NCBI RefSeq assembly: GCF_964355755.1
Contig: NC_092672.1
Span: 32,370,437-32,434,436 of the forward strand
Reading direction: 5' to 3'
Length of the DNA stretch: 64,000 bases
DNA from: Antedon mediterranea
Lineage: Eukaryota; Animalia; Echinodermata
Under the pieces are notes generated by a model. The model was not told where the DNA came from. It did no database searches and saw nothing but the letters and a program-made list of their open reading frames with translations. Position 1 is the first letter of the stretch. Every line of letters starts with the position of its first letter. A program made the position numbers and the translations under genes. Positions 38,840 to 51,900 of the stretch are shown piece by piece.

Positions 38840-40730
38840 TTATGATACTTCTGTCTTTATTTTGATTATGTTTTCTATCGCTTTCCTTTTTGGCGGACTT
38901 CCTTCGTCGGGTGACGTAGACTTGTCACTTTCGGTATTGTACCTGTTTGGCATGATTGTTTTAATGTTCTTCATTTCTTTCTCCAATTTTTCCAGTTTTC
39001 CTTGTAAATATTCATTTTCAGCACGAAGGCGTACATTTTCCAGTCTGAGGTCATCGTGACTTTCGAAGTGTTTTGATCGTAACAGTTCAATTTCTATTTT
39101 GCGTCGTTTTTCACATTCTGTCATCTCTGACACTTTACGTGCATGGTCGGCATTCATTTTCTCAATTTCAGTTCTAAGTTTTCTCTTTATTTCTGCCGAG
39201 TCCCTCAGTTTGTCTCTCTTGGACTGCTTAACACTCTCTAGTTCCTAAATAATAATTCGGAATTTGTGAAATTAGTTTATTGTAAATTGTTTATTTGGTT
39301 ATTAAGTTTTAAATTTAATTAAAATTACTGTAGTTTATTCAAACTCATACCCTTCCTCTTCTACCATTATCTTCCAACCCTCTTAGGGGTCTATTTACAT
39401 ATTTACCTGTGAAGTATCTCTTAATCGATCTTCTTGCTTTTGATGTATTATTGACAAATCACGGAGAAGACTTTCTCGGGACTCCCGTGTATCTAGATGC
39501 CCTTTCATCAAAACACTTCGTACAGCCGCTATCTCAGAATCAAGGTTTGAGTCCATTCGCAAACTTTTTGGGTCGTCTTTACCATGCACTTAAAAGAAAG
39601 AAACGATAAGTAAATTGTAACTAAATGATGAATGCTTATTTGATTTTTTTTATTCATTAACAGAAATATTAGAAAAGAAATTCAACAGTGTACTTACTTG
39701 GGCTATAGTGTTTGATACTGTCAAGACTATCCTTCTGTGGGATACTGCTTTTCGTACTATAATGTTGACCAAGTTGGGCAGAGAGGGGTGCTAAGGCTAC
39801 ATTCGGTGCCGCACTGCAGATGAGAAAACATTAATTATTTAAATTATCATCAAATAAGTTGAGTTAAGCTAAGTATACACTATCAAACTAGTTTGACAAA
39901 AAAAGGTGTGATGTGCTCAAATATGGTAGTGATATGACATCATCATGTCCATATTTGGGGGGTGGTGCGCTAAGGCTACATTCGGCGCCACACTGAAGAT
40001 AAGAAAATATTAAGAATTTAAATTATCGTTAAATTAGTTGAGTTAAGCTATGTATACACTATCAAACTAGTTTGACAAAAAAAAGTGTTCTCAAATATGG
40101 TAGTGATGCTGTCATCTGGTCCATATATGGGCACATCACATTTTGTTGTCACATAAAGTTTGATAGTGTGGACAAAGCTTTACTGTAAAAAGGTGAGTCA
40201 CTGTATAAGCACAACTTTCTTTACCTCACTATTCTGATGGGATGTTAAGCTGTTGGTGATGCAAATAAAATGATCACTTTCAACTCACCTTGAGGCTGAT
40301 GCATTGTGGGCCGGTACAACTCGTTCCGGATTCAGGAGAACAGGGGGTCCAGTACTCAAAAATTTCGGAGCACCACGTCTAAGACAAAAAGATTACATAT
40401 ATTATCAACTTTAATCAATCAACATATTTTGTTATTATTATACCGTCACTTTTTTTATGTATTACTGAAGTGAAAGGAATTTATTCAACACACAATTATT
40501 TGATAGAAGCAATTTGGGGAAAAAACTTACCCATCATGCACCAGTACTGCTCCTTGGTCTGGCAGAAGAGCTTTGATTTCAGACGGCGACCATGGTCGGA
40601 ATGCTGACGGCCTTTCCACTTGACCAGGTGAATGACCCTCTGACCAAGCCGATGTCACCACTGCTTCTCGTTCATTGATATCTTTATTTTGTAATCGTGG
40701 TTTTTTGTTTCCATTTTCATCCGTCGTTCC
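38840..40730 (-). CDS. SKI: SKI/SnoN proto-oncogene family Smad co-repressor, C-terminal five exons (330 aa); complement(join(38840..39244,39407..39588,39698..39813,40289..40378,40531..40730)); the DHD/SAND exon presumably lies beyond 64000
   Basis: [35 protein letters not shown] and the coiled coil ELESVKQSKRDKLRDSAEIKRKLRTEIEKM match Ski motifs ([47 protein letters not shown]). Phases are consistent. Confidence 0.9.
39866..40181. mobile_element. AGCT-TIR Harbinger-like MITE (full copy at about 40046-40181) and its partial tandem duplicate (about 39866-39955)
   Basis: agctatgtatacactatcaaactagtttgacaaaa...gtttgatagtgtggacaaagct. Same family at 9700, 13900, 17572, 26045, 51958 and 56546. Confidence 0.8.
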
Positions 40731-41285
40731 CTGAAATTAAAGAACAAGAATTTGTTACGACTCAAAACAAAAGAAGAATGTAAAGTATAATTTTAAACAT
40801 TCTGTAAAGTATCAGGGCCCTACGGTGCCATGTATAGTTTATGGCACCGTTGGGCCTTGATACAAAATATTGGGTTCAATTCATACCTCAAACTACAAAG
40901 CACTTAACATAAGAAAGAAATAGTAATTTTTTCTCCTTAATAAAACTGAAATTATTTGCCACAATTTTCTAATCCTTAAAATTACCATTACAAATTTAAA
41001 ATCAATTTATAACTAAAATTCAAATTACTTTGAGATTTAACTTTAATATCATGGCGGATTTACATGGTTGCACATCACTAACATAATTTATGTTATTAAA
41101 CTTAAAATGAATTCCTATTCCCAAAACAAATTAATATCATATTTTGTTATTTTTAGACATTTGTGGACATACTGTACTGTAGCAGCAATAGTGATGATAG
41201 ATAAATAATATTTTTTCTCTTCACTTTATTTCATATTTTTATCATTCCTTTATAAATATGAACTGCATTTTATAATCCCAAGGTC

Positions 41286-41465
41286 TGGGGTTCAATCCTG
41301 ACCTAGTGCCGGGGTTTAATCCTGACCTAGTGCCGGGGTTCAATCCTGACCTAGTGCCAGGGTTGTATAGTAACTCACGAGTCTTTCATTTCCACTCCCT
41401 AAGTCTCAAATGAGTTTATAAACACGATAAATTTAGATGCATATGAAATAAAAAATAATAAATTT
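41286..41465 (+). mobile_element. Short tRNA-like SINE remnant with a triplicated B-box segment
   Basis: ggggttcaatcctgacctagtgcc x3 (Pol III B-box-like GGTTCAATCC), followed by a short body and an A-rich tail. Confidence 0.4.
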
Positions 41466-42204
41466 ATTGAATGAATAATGAATATTTTCCATGTAGTTCC
41501 AAGTGGCTCCATGTTTTTTCTTTTTTTTATATCTTACTCCCTGTAATTGCATGGCCTAACATTACATTAACTTTCAGATAAAGTCAAATACAACTTATAC
41601 AGTTAATTTTACATACATTATGCAGTTTTGTCCAACTATTCTGCAGTTTTCATCTAATAATATCCTCAAGCCAAAGGCAGTTTAACTCAAGCATAGATTA
41701 ACTTAACTTTAAAGTGTCTTTCTTAATATCAACACAATATTACTACATACACTCTGGTCGATGCCCTGATTTAAAAGCCACCTATAAAAGTACAAAAGAT
41801 TCCTAAGCTATGTGAATGAAATAGCCACTGAAAAAAAATACCCCTAGGTTACTTACTGTACATAAATAATATTTTAGTAATGGTCACCTAAGGGTCAACT
41901 GTACTGTTTTCCCGACCTTGTGAAAAGAAATCTATAATGGTCAGTATATCCAACTGATGTAGAAAATTATGTAAAAAGTGACCATACACTGAATGGTCAA
42001 GGTATTGACATTCCATGAATATTTTATAGTCTCCCACTTGGTTAGAAATAATTTAAATCTAAATTTAATATTCTCAGAATGAAGTTGTAGTTTGAGTAGA
42101 AAAAAAATTAAAAACATCATTTTCATATCATAAGATGTTTCTTTAACTTCAGATATTAATATAACTTTCTTTTTTTTCTCTCTCTCTCTCTTATTATTAA
42201 CAAA

Positions 42205-42593
42205 ATTCAACAACGTATTAAGTACAAACTTGCGTTGTTTGTATTCAAGATCCTAAATGACAGTGCTCCTGCTTATTTATCTGTCCTTGTGGATCATTAC
42301 GAATCATCCCGCAGAGGCCTACGATCATTGTCACAAAACCTTCTTCAAGAGCGTAGAGCGAAAAATCAGTGGGGTCAGAGATCTTTTTACGTTGCGGCCG
42401 CAAGTGTATGGAACAGCTTACCAGCAACAGTTAAATGCTCAACTAGTCTAAACAGTTTCAAGACCAACCTAAAGACGTCGCTATTCGCTGATGTTCTCGC
42501 ACGTTGTTAATGCACAAAGCGCCATGAGCGCCACATGGGTGGAGGATACCGGCGCTATATAAATTTTCATTTATTATTATTATTATTATTATT
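42205..42593 (+). mobile_element. 3' end of an L2-clade LINE (5'-truncated) in the SKI intron
   Basis: IQQRIKYKLALFVFKILNDSAPAYL..RGLRS..WGQRSFYVAAASVWNSLPATVKCSTSLNSFKTNLKTSLF, then AAAGCGCC..GAG..GGCGCTATATAAAT and a (TTA)n tail. Confidence 0.9.
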
Positions 42594-45440
42594 AAAATGT
42601 AAAACAGCTATAGTATAAATAGAAACTAAATGTATATACTAGTTAGAACATGGAAAAAGTGAATTTATTTATTATGTAATAAAAAATATTGTTAGAACAA
42701 ACAACTTATTTTATTATGTATTTGTGCAATGAAACTCACAATAAACTTATACACACATGTACAAACATTTTTTTTAACAGGACAAAACTAACCTTGAAGG
42801 CTTTATTTTAAAGTTAATTGTACATGATTGATTATGCTGGTACAGTATATATGAATAGAATGTAAAAACACATTATTATTTATGATATCAGTTTTACAGT
42901 TTCAGTTAAAACTTTATAAATTACAAAATTCAACATTGTTTTTAACTAGTAGATATTTCTGCTAGTAGATTTCTTACTTTAATTTCAACATTACCATACT
43001 GTATATCCTCGGGTATAATCCCACCCCCTATTTTATGTCTGATTTCACAAACAGGCATATTGGTCGGGTTGTACAGTAGGCCTCTCTGTAACTAGTTGAG
43101 ATCATAAGTTTATACAAGAAATGCTTACCAATAATGTAAAGTATTTAAAGGCTTCTGCCAATTTTTCAAAATGCAATTTTTTGTAGATTTAATTATTGTA
43201 TCAAAAAAAAATATGCTTACTTGTTAGCTGCGTTGATTTTGCTATCAATGGTTTAATAATAGTGAATAAAAAAAGTCAATTTCTAGCACTGATTTACACA
43301 TTATTTCAATCTTTAAAAAAGGCATTTTGTCTTCTCTACTTAAATTAAAAGATAACAGCACATGCTTCTAGGCCAAATTTTATCTCCTGAAGAACATGAC
43401 TATAAGTATAATCTTGACAGAAGCAAAAATGATTAATATTCCAGATTTGCTTATTTTGAATCCTAAACATGATGCGTCCTCAAATTAAAAACAAGTCTTT
43501 AATCCATCCTTACTTTTACGATAACATGCAGCATTTTATAGAGATTGCTGTTGATTGAAGCTATGTTTGTACTACAATAAGCCCGGATTCGGTGTGGTAA
43601 CCGGATAAAACAACGGGATATGTTACGTTTTTTTTTATCATTATAATATTATGGCCAACTCAACAGTAATAGGACTAGGAGAGTTTTATCTATACTGCAA
43701 CCATAATTTAAATGACTTTTAATAGCCAAATTAATTTTTGTATTTAAAGGATAAACGTAGGATTGTTGAGGAAATATGCAGTTATTCAATACACCAAAAT
43801 AAACAAAAGTCACATAAGAATAAAGATCAACTATTTATCATATCAATTCCAAAGGAAAAGGTGACCTTGAAAGAAAAATGACAATTGGAACAAACAATAA
43901 GTTGTAAAATATACAACAATGACAAAGAAAATGAAGATATGTGACTAACTTTACCACACATTTCACCGAGCGAATGACTGATGTGAATTAATATATTGTA
44001 ATAGTTGTATAAAGAATCTTTAGAACTAAAAAACCAATCGACTGTTGAACAAATACAATAAAATAAGAACAGGACTGACAAAAGTTTGATTTTTTATTTA
44101 TCATTGCTGCATACAAACAAGACATGGAACACTTTATTTAATACACATTCATTTTTCTAGTTTGAAAACTAAAAACCTGTATGTATCCTTATTTGGTTAT
44201 TATCCTAATATTATATCAAAATAATAATCTGTAGAAACTGACCATGTGCCAAATGTACATATTTAAGAGGTTACTGACCATTCCAATAACAATACAATAT
44301 ATTAATCTCAAGCTGAAAAGCAGGGAAAGTGATGAAATACTGGCAGTGGGCCAAACAGCATTAATATCACTGGAGCCTCTGCCAGGCTCTTCCTATCCAG
44401 GTACCAGAGTGCTCTAACCAGGGGCCTAGCTAACTGCTGGTGTTAATGTCCCAGTAAACATTACCATCTGTTAAAATGTGTTAATCTTTGGGTTTTCAGA
44501 GAGTACATTAAACAAAGTTATTAATCACATTTTTATTGTGAACATAAAAGATTGTGGTACCACACAACATGAAGCTGGCTGTTTAACAAGAGTTTTCCTA
44601 TTCCTAACCATTTAAACCTAATCTTTCATGATACAGGCATCACATGTGATGATACACATGAGAGACTGTGTCACCAAGTTTGCCTATGATACATTGTATT
44701 ACAGTAATTATGAAAATAGAGAGCGGCACACTAGAATATATTTTAATCTAATCGCCTTCCATTTAAAGTATGATAATATATTCCATTAGTTATCACGTAC
44801 TGGCAATTTCTTCTTTTCTTAACAAAATGGAAATTGTATGGCATAAATCTCAATCATGTTCACCATATAAAAGTTGTATACCATAATGAAATTCTGTAAT
44901 GAAACATGTTAATACTGTATAGAGGGGCATCAAAAATAGAAAGTACCACAAAATAAAATCAAAGAACATAGTTATTGCTGCTAGATCAAAGGAATGAATC
45001 TTTCCCCCCCCCCCCCACTACTTTTCATTGTATTTACTGTGTATGCAATTGTATGTATTAACAAACTATATTATTATGTTACTATTAGTTTATATATGTG
45101 TTATATTGTGCAAATATTGAAGTTAAAAGGCACCAAATGCTTGAGCAGATAGCTAGAGATGAGTGTTAAACATTTAGAGATCTAGGTATAAAAAAGGGTG
45201 GGCATAGGCGGATAGGTGCCAGCCAGCCTAGATTGCTCATCGGATATACAGTAGTTCTTAATATTTGAGAAACACATTCAGGGTAGCTTCAACGAGCCGA
45301 ATCACCTATCTCTACTAAATTTAAAACCTTTTCTGCTCCCTGTACATTTAGATAACAAACATATGGCGTACAAGCTTAACAACCAATACTGTACCTGTGA
45401 CAAATCCAGGTGCTTACATACTATCACTATGGTATATTAA

Positions 45441-46451
45441 CACTTTGACTGCCAAACACGAAGATCTTCGTTTTTGGAAACACAACGCTTGACTGCCAAA
45501 CACGAAGATCTTCGTTTTTCGCGTTTTTTTACGAAATCCGGTAGATAGGTTAATTATTGGTGTATACTATAAATATGGACACTATATTCGGTCTGGACCG
45601 TAAATATTTTACTTTTTGAAAGTAACTAATCTGGTTACGAACGATTGTCAAAATGGTACCTGTCGAAATAACATACACCGCGCATCACAGTAGCGCGTAC
45701 AGCGATGGTTTGGCGCAATGTGTATCGGTCGCGCGCTAGCTATGCCGACGAAGCATTACAAAGGTTTATGTGGATTGACATGTTTGTTTGTTATCTGAAT
45801 AAAAAATAATGGATGAATTTTCAATATGAAGTCTTTAATTTTATTATTGTATGTATACCCTAATTGTTTTGGTGTTTCACTGTAAGTGGCCGAGTTTAAC
45901 GCAACAAACTTGTTTAGAAATGGTATGAACATTATCATCAGTTTACTAGCTAGGCTAGTACGTAGTACTAGGCTAGCCTAGGCCTAGTCGTAAAACGGCT
46001 CCGGACCAAATTTAGGCCTGGTTAACTAGGCCTGGTGTCTTTACTATGTGGATTTTGTTGAAACATTGATGTAAGATTTATGATTTATAAAATGTAATAC
46101 ATATTTCGATAGTGATAACTTTTTCGTTGTTTGTTGATCTCACCGGGCGATATTTTCATATTGTGATGTCTTGCACAAAATCGCGAATATCTCGACTTTC
46201 TTGCGCGAAACTACGAAAAACTAAACAAGTGGGTGTTACTTTCATTTTACTATTACGATTTACATATTGCGATTTTAAAATCGTTCTTGGTACCATTGTA
46301 AAGCTAAAATCTTTTTGATTATTTTAGTCTAAATTACATGTAAATCAGATCACATACATAGTTTCAATCAGCTTTAATAAAAACATCGAATTGGGCTAAA
46401 AACGCTGGCGGTGGCAGTTTCTAACTGGAAAAACCTCTGGCAGTCAAAGTG
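45441..46451. mobile_element. Non-autonomous TTAA-targeting (piggyBac-like) DNA transposon, about 1 kb
   Basis: TTAA|CACTTTGACTGCCA ... TGGCAGTCAAAGTG|TTAA. Subterminal direct repeat ttgactgccaaacacgaagatcttcgttttt x2. CpG-rich interior with no transposase ORF. Confidence 0.82.
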
Positions 46452-48579
46452 TTAATATACCATTATTTCATATTTTACCATTACAAATGTAATAAATAAT
46501 TCATTATATTAGAATAGGTTTAGATAATACAAGAATAAACAAAGCTTTTAAACTCAAATGAAAAGAAACCTACTCTTTCTAAAGTGGTGACTGAATATTA
46601 AATTTGAGATTCATAAAAACAACTATGATCAATTATCCATAGAGGGTGGGCTACCTAAAAATACTATAGTATAATTAACAAGTGAAATGTAATATACTGT
46701 ATTGTAAGTTCAATATACATACATACATTTTTTGCAATGTTTGGATGTGTTCTTATCTTACAATTGTATAACAGCTAACTCTAAGCCACTCCTCCAATGA
46801 CCTTCATCCACAAACCCCTACCCTGGAAGGTCCACTGATAGGAGCCTTTCTGATTGGTCGATTACACCAATACCAGAAAACATAAACACCATACCAGTCA
46901 ATGACCCTTATTATGTTTATAGTCCGGTCAGGAAGTTGGCTATTACACCAATAGGCATACCTCCCTCTGCAGTGTGAATTGCCACAAGAATTATTATGTA
47001 ACAAAATAAATTTCGTTATTTTTCTCAAACTACCTTGGAAAGAGGGAAAAATATTATCCAGGAAACAGTCAATAAAATAATGTTCACATGAATTATGGTA
47101 CAGTACTATCATAATTTACAAAAAAAATAATAAAACTAAACAGTAAATTTAAAATTGATCTTCAAAGACATACTAGAATAGAACCATAGTAGGGCCTAAA
47201 GTATTAGACTTTGTTTATTTTTTTTTATCTATTCTAAAGTAATAAAATATAATTTTAATAAATTATATTTCTTTACAATATAGACAAAATATTATTTTAC
47301 TACTTTTTTAATATAATAATTTAAATTGTAATATTACAAATAAATTATAATCGTATTGTTAAATGTACTTATCAACTCAAACGCATGATACTGAGCCTAA
47401 TAAACAGCAACAAATTAACAACAATCGTAAAATTCTCTTCCTATTTATATTTGTCAAGCAAAAGCTGAAAGCGCTTTGCCAGACACTATCATGTATTACT
47501 ATCGATCTTTCCTTTACAATGCCGCCAACAATACCACCCTGTAGTTCCAATGCCACGATATTGACCAAGGATATTGACCAGTCCACTCGATTGGTGTGGT
47601 TAAGCAAAATGCATGTTCGACAAAAGGCTTTATGACGCCTATGTACACAAATTCTCTTCATATGCAAAATGGAAAACGAACATATGGAAAGCGTTCATTT
47701 ACTCTAGACAAGTTGATTGTAGTAATTATTGTCAATGTCCAGCGGTTTACTGGACATTCATTATCGTGTGACAATGAAGGTGTTAAAAACTAAACCTTTT
47801 CAATGGATCTGGGGCAAATATAGTTAATTGCTACACTATGAATACAACGTGGCTTATTGGGAAAAAAGATTTTTCTTTTTTTCTAGTTAATAATAATAAT
47901 AATAATATTTTAAATAAAAAGAAAACCATTTAAAAAGAAATAATATAAATATAAACATTTACTACATTATTTTAAAATTAAATTATTTAGTGTTTGGAAA
48001 TTTAATTTGGGGGAAGGTCAAAGGTTAGCAAACAGTAGATACTGTATCCTACTTAACTAATAAAACATGGTCAAAATGGTAGGCCCTACAGAGGACATGC
48101 ACAATTTTAGTTTCAAAATATTATAATATACAAGACATCCTTGCTAGGTACCATGCAGTTTTGGCTAGTGTACAAACAACTGAAAAACAGAAACAAGCAG
48201 CAGTTGGTTGTTCCCTGGTAAAGTTGAATGGAACAGACAAAGTACCTGGGCATGAACTTAACCTAACCTCACCAACAGCTAAAGTTGTCTTTTATCCCAG
48301 GGCCTTTGCACAATCTTGATTTATCGACAGGCTCTCACCTTTTGGACTAAAACATTTGAAAGATTCCAATTGCTGGTTAAAAATAGTATTTTAATGTTTT
48401 CAAACCTGAACTTAAAAGTTCTCAGGGAAATCAGGTGTGATTTGTGGTTTTTAAGAGGAAAGCAAGTTTGGATTGATTCCAATGAAAGCAATAAGTTGGA
48501 AGTTATTACTTGAAAACAAGGACTATGCTAATCACATCCTATCAATACTGTTCTGTTAAATCCATATTACAGATTCTCA

Positions 48580-48935
48580 GTCAACTCTGTCAGAAAAAAC
48601 TGTCGAAAGAAACAATCTGAGAAGAAACAATCCCAGAACTAATTCTGTAAGAACAAACTCTGTCAGAAAAAACTATTAGTATCAGAACAAAACTCAATTG
48701 AAAAAAACAATCTCAGAACAAAATAATCCCAGAACAAATTCTGTAAGAACAAGCTCTATTAGAAAAACTTTACAAGAACAAACTCTATCAGAAAAAAACT
48801 ATCAGAATAAAACTCTGTTGAAAGAAACAATCTCAGAATAAAACAATCCCAGAAAAAATTCTGTAGGAACAAACTGTATCAGAAAAACAGAACCAACTCT
48901 AACAGATCTCCTCTCAGAACAACCTTTCAGAAAGT
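48580..48935. repeat. Degenerate A-rich minisatellite (aactctgtcagaaaa-like units of about 15 bp)
   Basis: Recurrent aactct(g/a)t(c/t)agaa, acaatc(c/t)cagaa and aattctgtaagaac units. Confidence 0.75.
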
Positions 48936-51900
48936 AGAAACTTCCCAAAAACAGATTTGGTACGATTTTCTACTTTTTAATGTCAATAGTAGGCTTCATA
49001 AAGTATGTACAGAAGACATTTACATGTACTTTAGTACCCACAACCAAAGAAAGAACTTTGGAATCTGGTAAAGCATTTTTCTATCATGGGTATAAAAACA
49101 TTGAACTTAAATCTAAATTCAAGGGAATACCATAGTCTGATATTAATGTCTAGACTTAGAACAACAAAAGAAATTAAACACATTAAACTGACCAGGATTA
49201 AAAAGGATTAAATCAATCTCTATTGTTGTCTTGTCTGGTAAGGTTTCATGTTGAAACTAATTGGAGATTCAACTTATCTCTTTAACAAGTCACATTTTGA
49301 CCTATTCAGATTGGACAATTGAGTATTTGTGCTTTACTGTACTTTAAAAGTCTTACATTTAACTTGATAGACCAAGTATTGTACTGTACTGTATAGGTGA
49401 ATTGTATGATGTCTGTGAAGTCAAGAAAGAGATTGTCTAAGGAAAGAATGGAACATCTTTGATAATAAAAAAGAGGAAGCTTGTTCTTGTGAATAAAGCA
49501 AGTACATTCAACCTATTCTGAACAGAAAACCAAGTATTTGTTGTCTTCGACTAGAGAAAGAGACTGTATCAGCAAACGAAGAATGGACAATCTTTGATGA
49601 TGAAGGGCATTGTATTGCTTAAAGTAATAAAAAAAAAATGGTAGAAGTACTAAGACTAAAAGAATGAAGTAACTGTCCAATTGGCAAAACTCTCTACTGC
49701 TAGTCTACTCGACATTACAATAAATAATCTTTCTCATCTGAATACTAATCAAAATTGTATCAAAACTTCTGATTGCATTTATCTCTAAAGCAAACATATT
49801 TTTGTTGAATAAGTGTATATTGTAGCCACTGGGTCTTTATTTTATCTTCTTTGACCAGCGTTTAATCAAGGCTTGAATTGAATTAGATTTCCACGGTAGC
49901 TAAATCAAGACCTAATATCTAGTTATACAAAAAAGATCAATAATGGAGTGTGATGCTATCTTCTGAAATATTACTGAACTAACAGTGGGTCGGCGAGTTT
50001 TAACAATGGGTCAGCGGTCATTCATTTTGGACACAAGATATTCATTCTTTTAATGAAAGAAAATTATCAAGGCACAGTGATGCATACAGTGGTCATTCAG
50101 ATAAAATACAAAAGGGGCGAACAACTATTGTTGGAACCTATACTACAATAAAAGATATTCTATTATTAGAAGTTATCATTATTTTACTTGTTGCTAAATA
50201 AAATTTAGATAGTTGTTTGGATAGTGCAACAATTTTGATGATGCTAATGGTATGTATGAATCCCTATAATATAAAATGGAATAATCCATGTCCAATGTCC
50301 ATACAGACTGACCGTTGACCCTGAATTATTCTATCAATGTACATAAGGAACCTTTGGCATAATGCTTGACCAAAGGGTATTTGGTTACTATGAATAATAT
50401 CAAATACTGTAAGCCTAGAGCCGAATAAGCAATACTATGGGTAGCATGTGCAATATTATAACATGGTATTATCGTAAGTATTTAATAGTTTGGTTTGCGG
50501 GGAAAAAAAAAATTAAAATAAACAATACAGTACTCAGAATAGACTTTTGAAGGCCACTTAACATCATCCAAGTTTGACAGACAACAAAAGCGCCAGACAA
50601 TTTAATTACAATCTTTTAATGACTCATTACTTGCTGGTTGTGTAATTAACACCTTAAAATATAATTAATTAAAGTACATCATTCACAGAATATGCTAATT
50701 ATAACTATTCAAATGCCTCATTAATTCGCTAATTGGTTTTTTTTTATATAACAAATTGCTTTTTCTAAAGCCAAAATTATTCTACTGGCACAGTTAATGT
50801 ACTGTACTTTTTCTTTAATGTGTTTATGCATTTACTATATGGCAAGGCTTTTTGTAATCATACTGTATACTTACTAGAGTTTCTTTTTTAAACAAACTAT
50901 AATACCTCAATACATTATAAGTACTGCAGTAACTGCAGTAGAATAATGATTCCTAACGACAACAAAAACATTCATGGTTAATTTACATTTTCAAATGTAT
51001 TAGAATGGTATCTATAGATTTCCTTAATTATAATATTGTATGTTTGTAATACGATTAATATTTCTCATCCTATAATAAGTGAATTAAACATTCCTACAAT
51101 ATAATCCCTCCTTCCCCATCTCACCCTTGAATTGAATTACAACAAAGGACTTTAAAATTGTTATACATAATCAGTCTTCTTGTTCGCCATGCTTTAATAT
51201 GTGGCAACGGTTTTATTTATCATTCACGACAGAGAAGGTCACTTCAGTATCATCATCAGTGAACAGGCAGCTTAATCTAGCAATAGACACACGTCTTTGT
51301 CCGGAAACTCAATGGTCAATGAAACTAACTGACCAACACATTTGTCACTAAAAAAAACAACTACAGCTCAGAATTTTTCATTTCACGCTTCACTAAATTA
51401 GAAAACTATATGTTCACGTCTGTTTCTACCATCCTTGGGGGCAAGCATTGTCATTGGTCAGTTGGAAGGGTCAATCGGTCAGTCTAAATGTAAATGACCA
51501 CATATCGTTGTTTTCACACTAATTAAACACAAGTTTGCATACGTAATAAACTACACTATGATAAGAAAATCCAAATTTCGATATCGATTGATAATACTGC
51601 AAATTATTATGGCCAACGCTACAAGTATGGCACGCACAAATAATTTTGAGTATTAATATTCCATTGCATAATATTTTAGCCTGATTAGTACAATATGATA
51701 AATCATACATACATCCTCCCACATTGTGTTATAACTAATATAGGATAACTCAAATCGATTTTAAGTTAATATTTTTTTCTCAAAGTAATAAAGTAAATAT
51801 GTTACAGGGACAAAATCAAACAGAAAACAGCATGTTTTTAAGGTTATCTCGACTATAATAATAAAAAAACAAGACTATTTGTAAATATAAGCATAACGTA

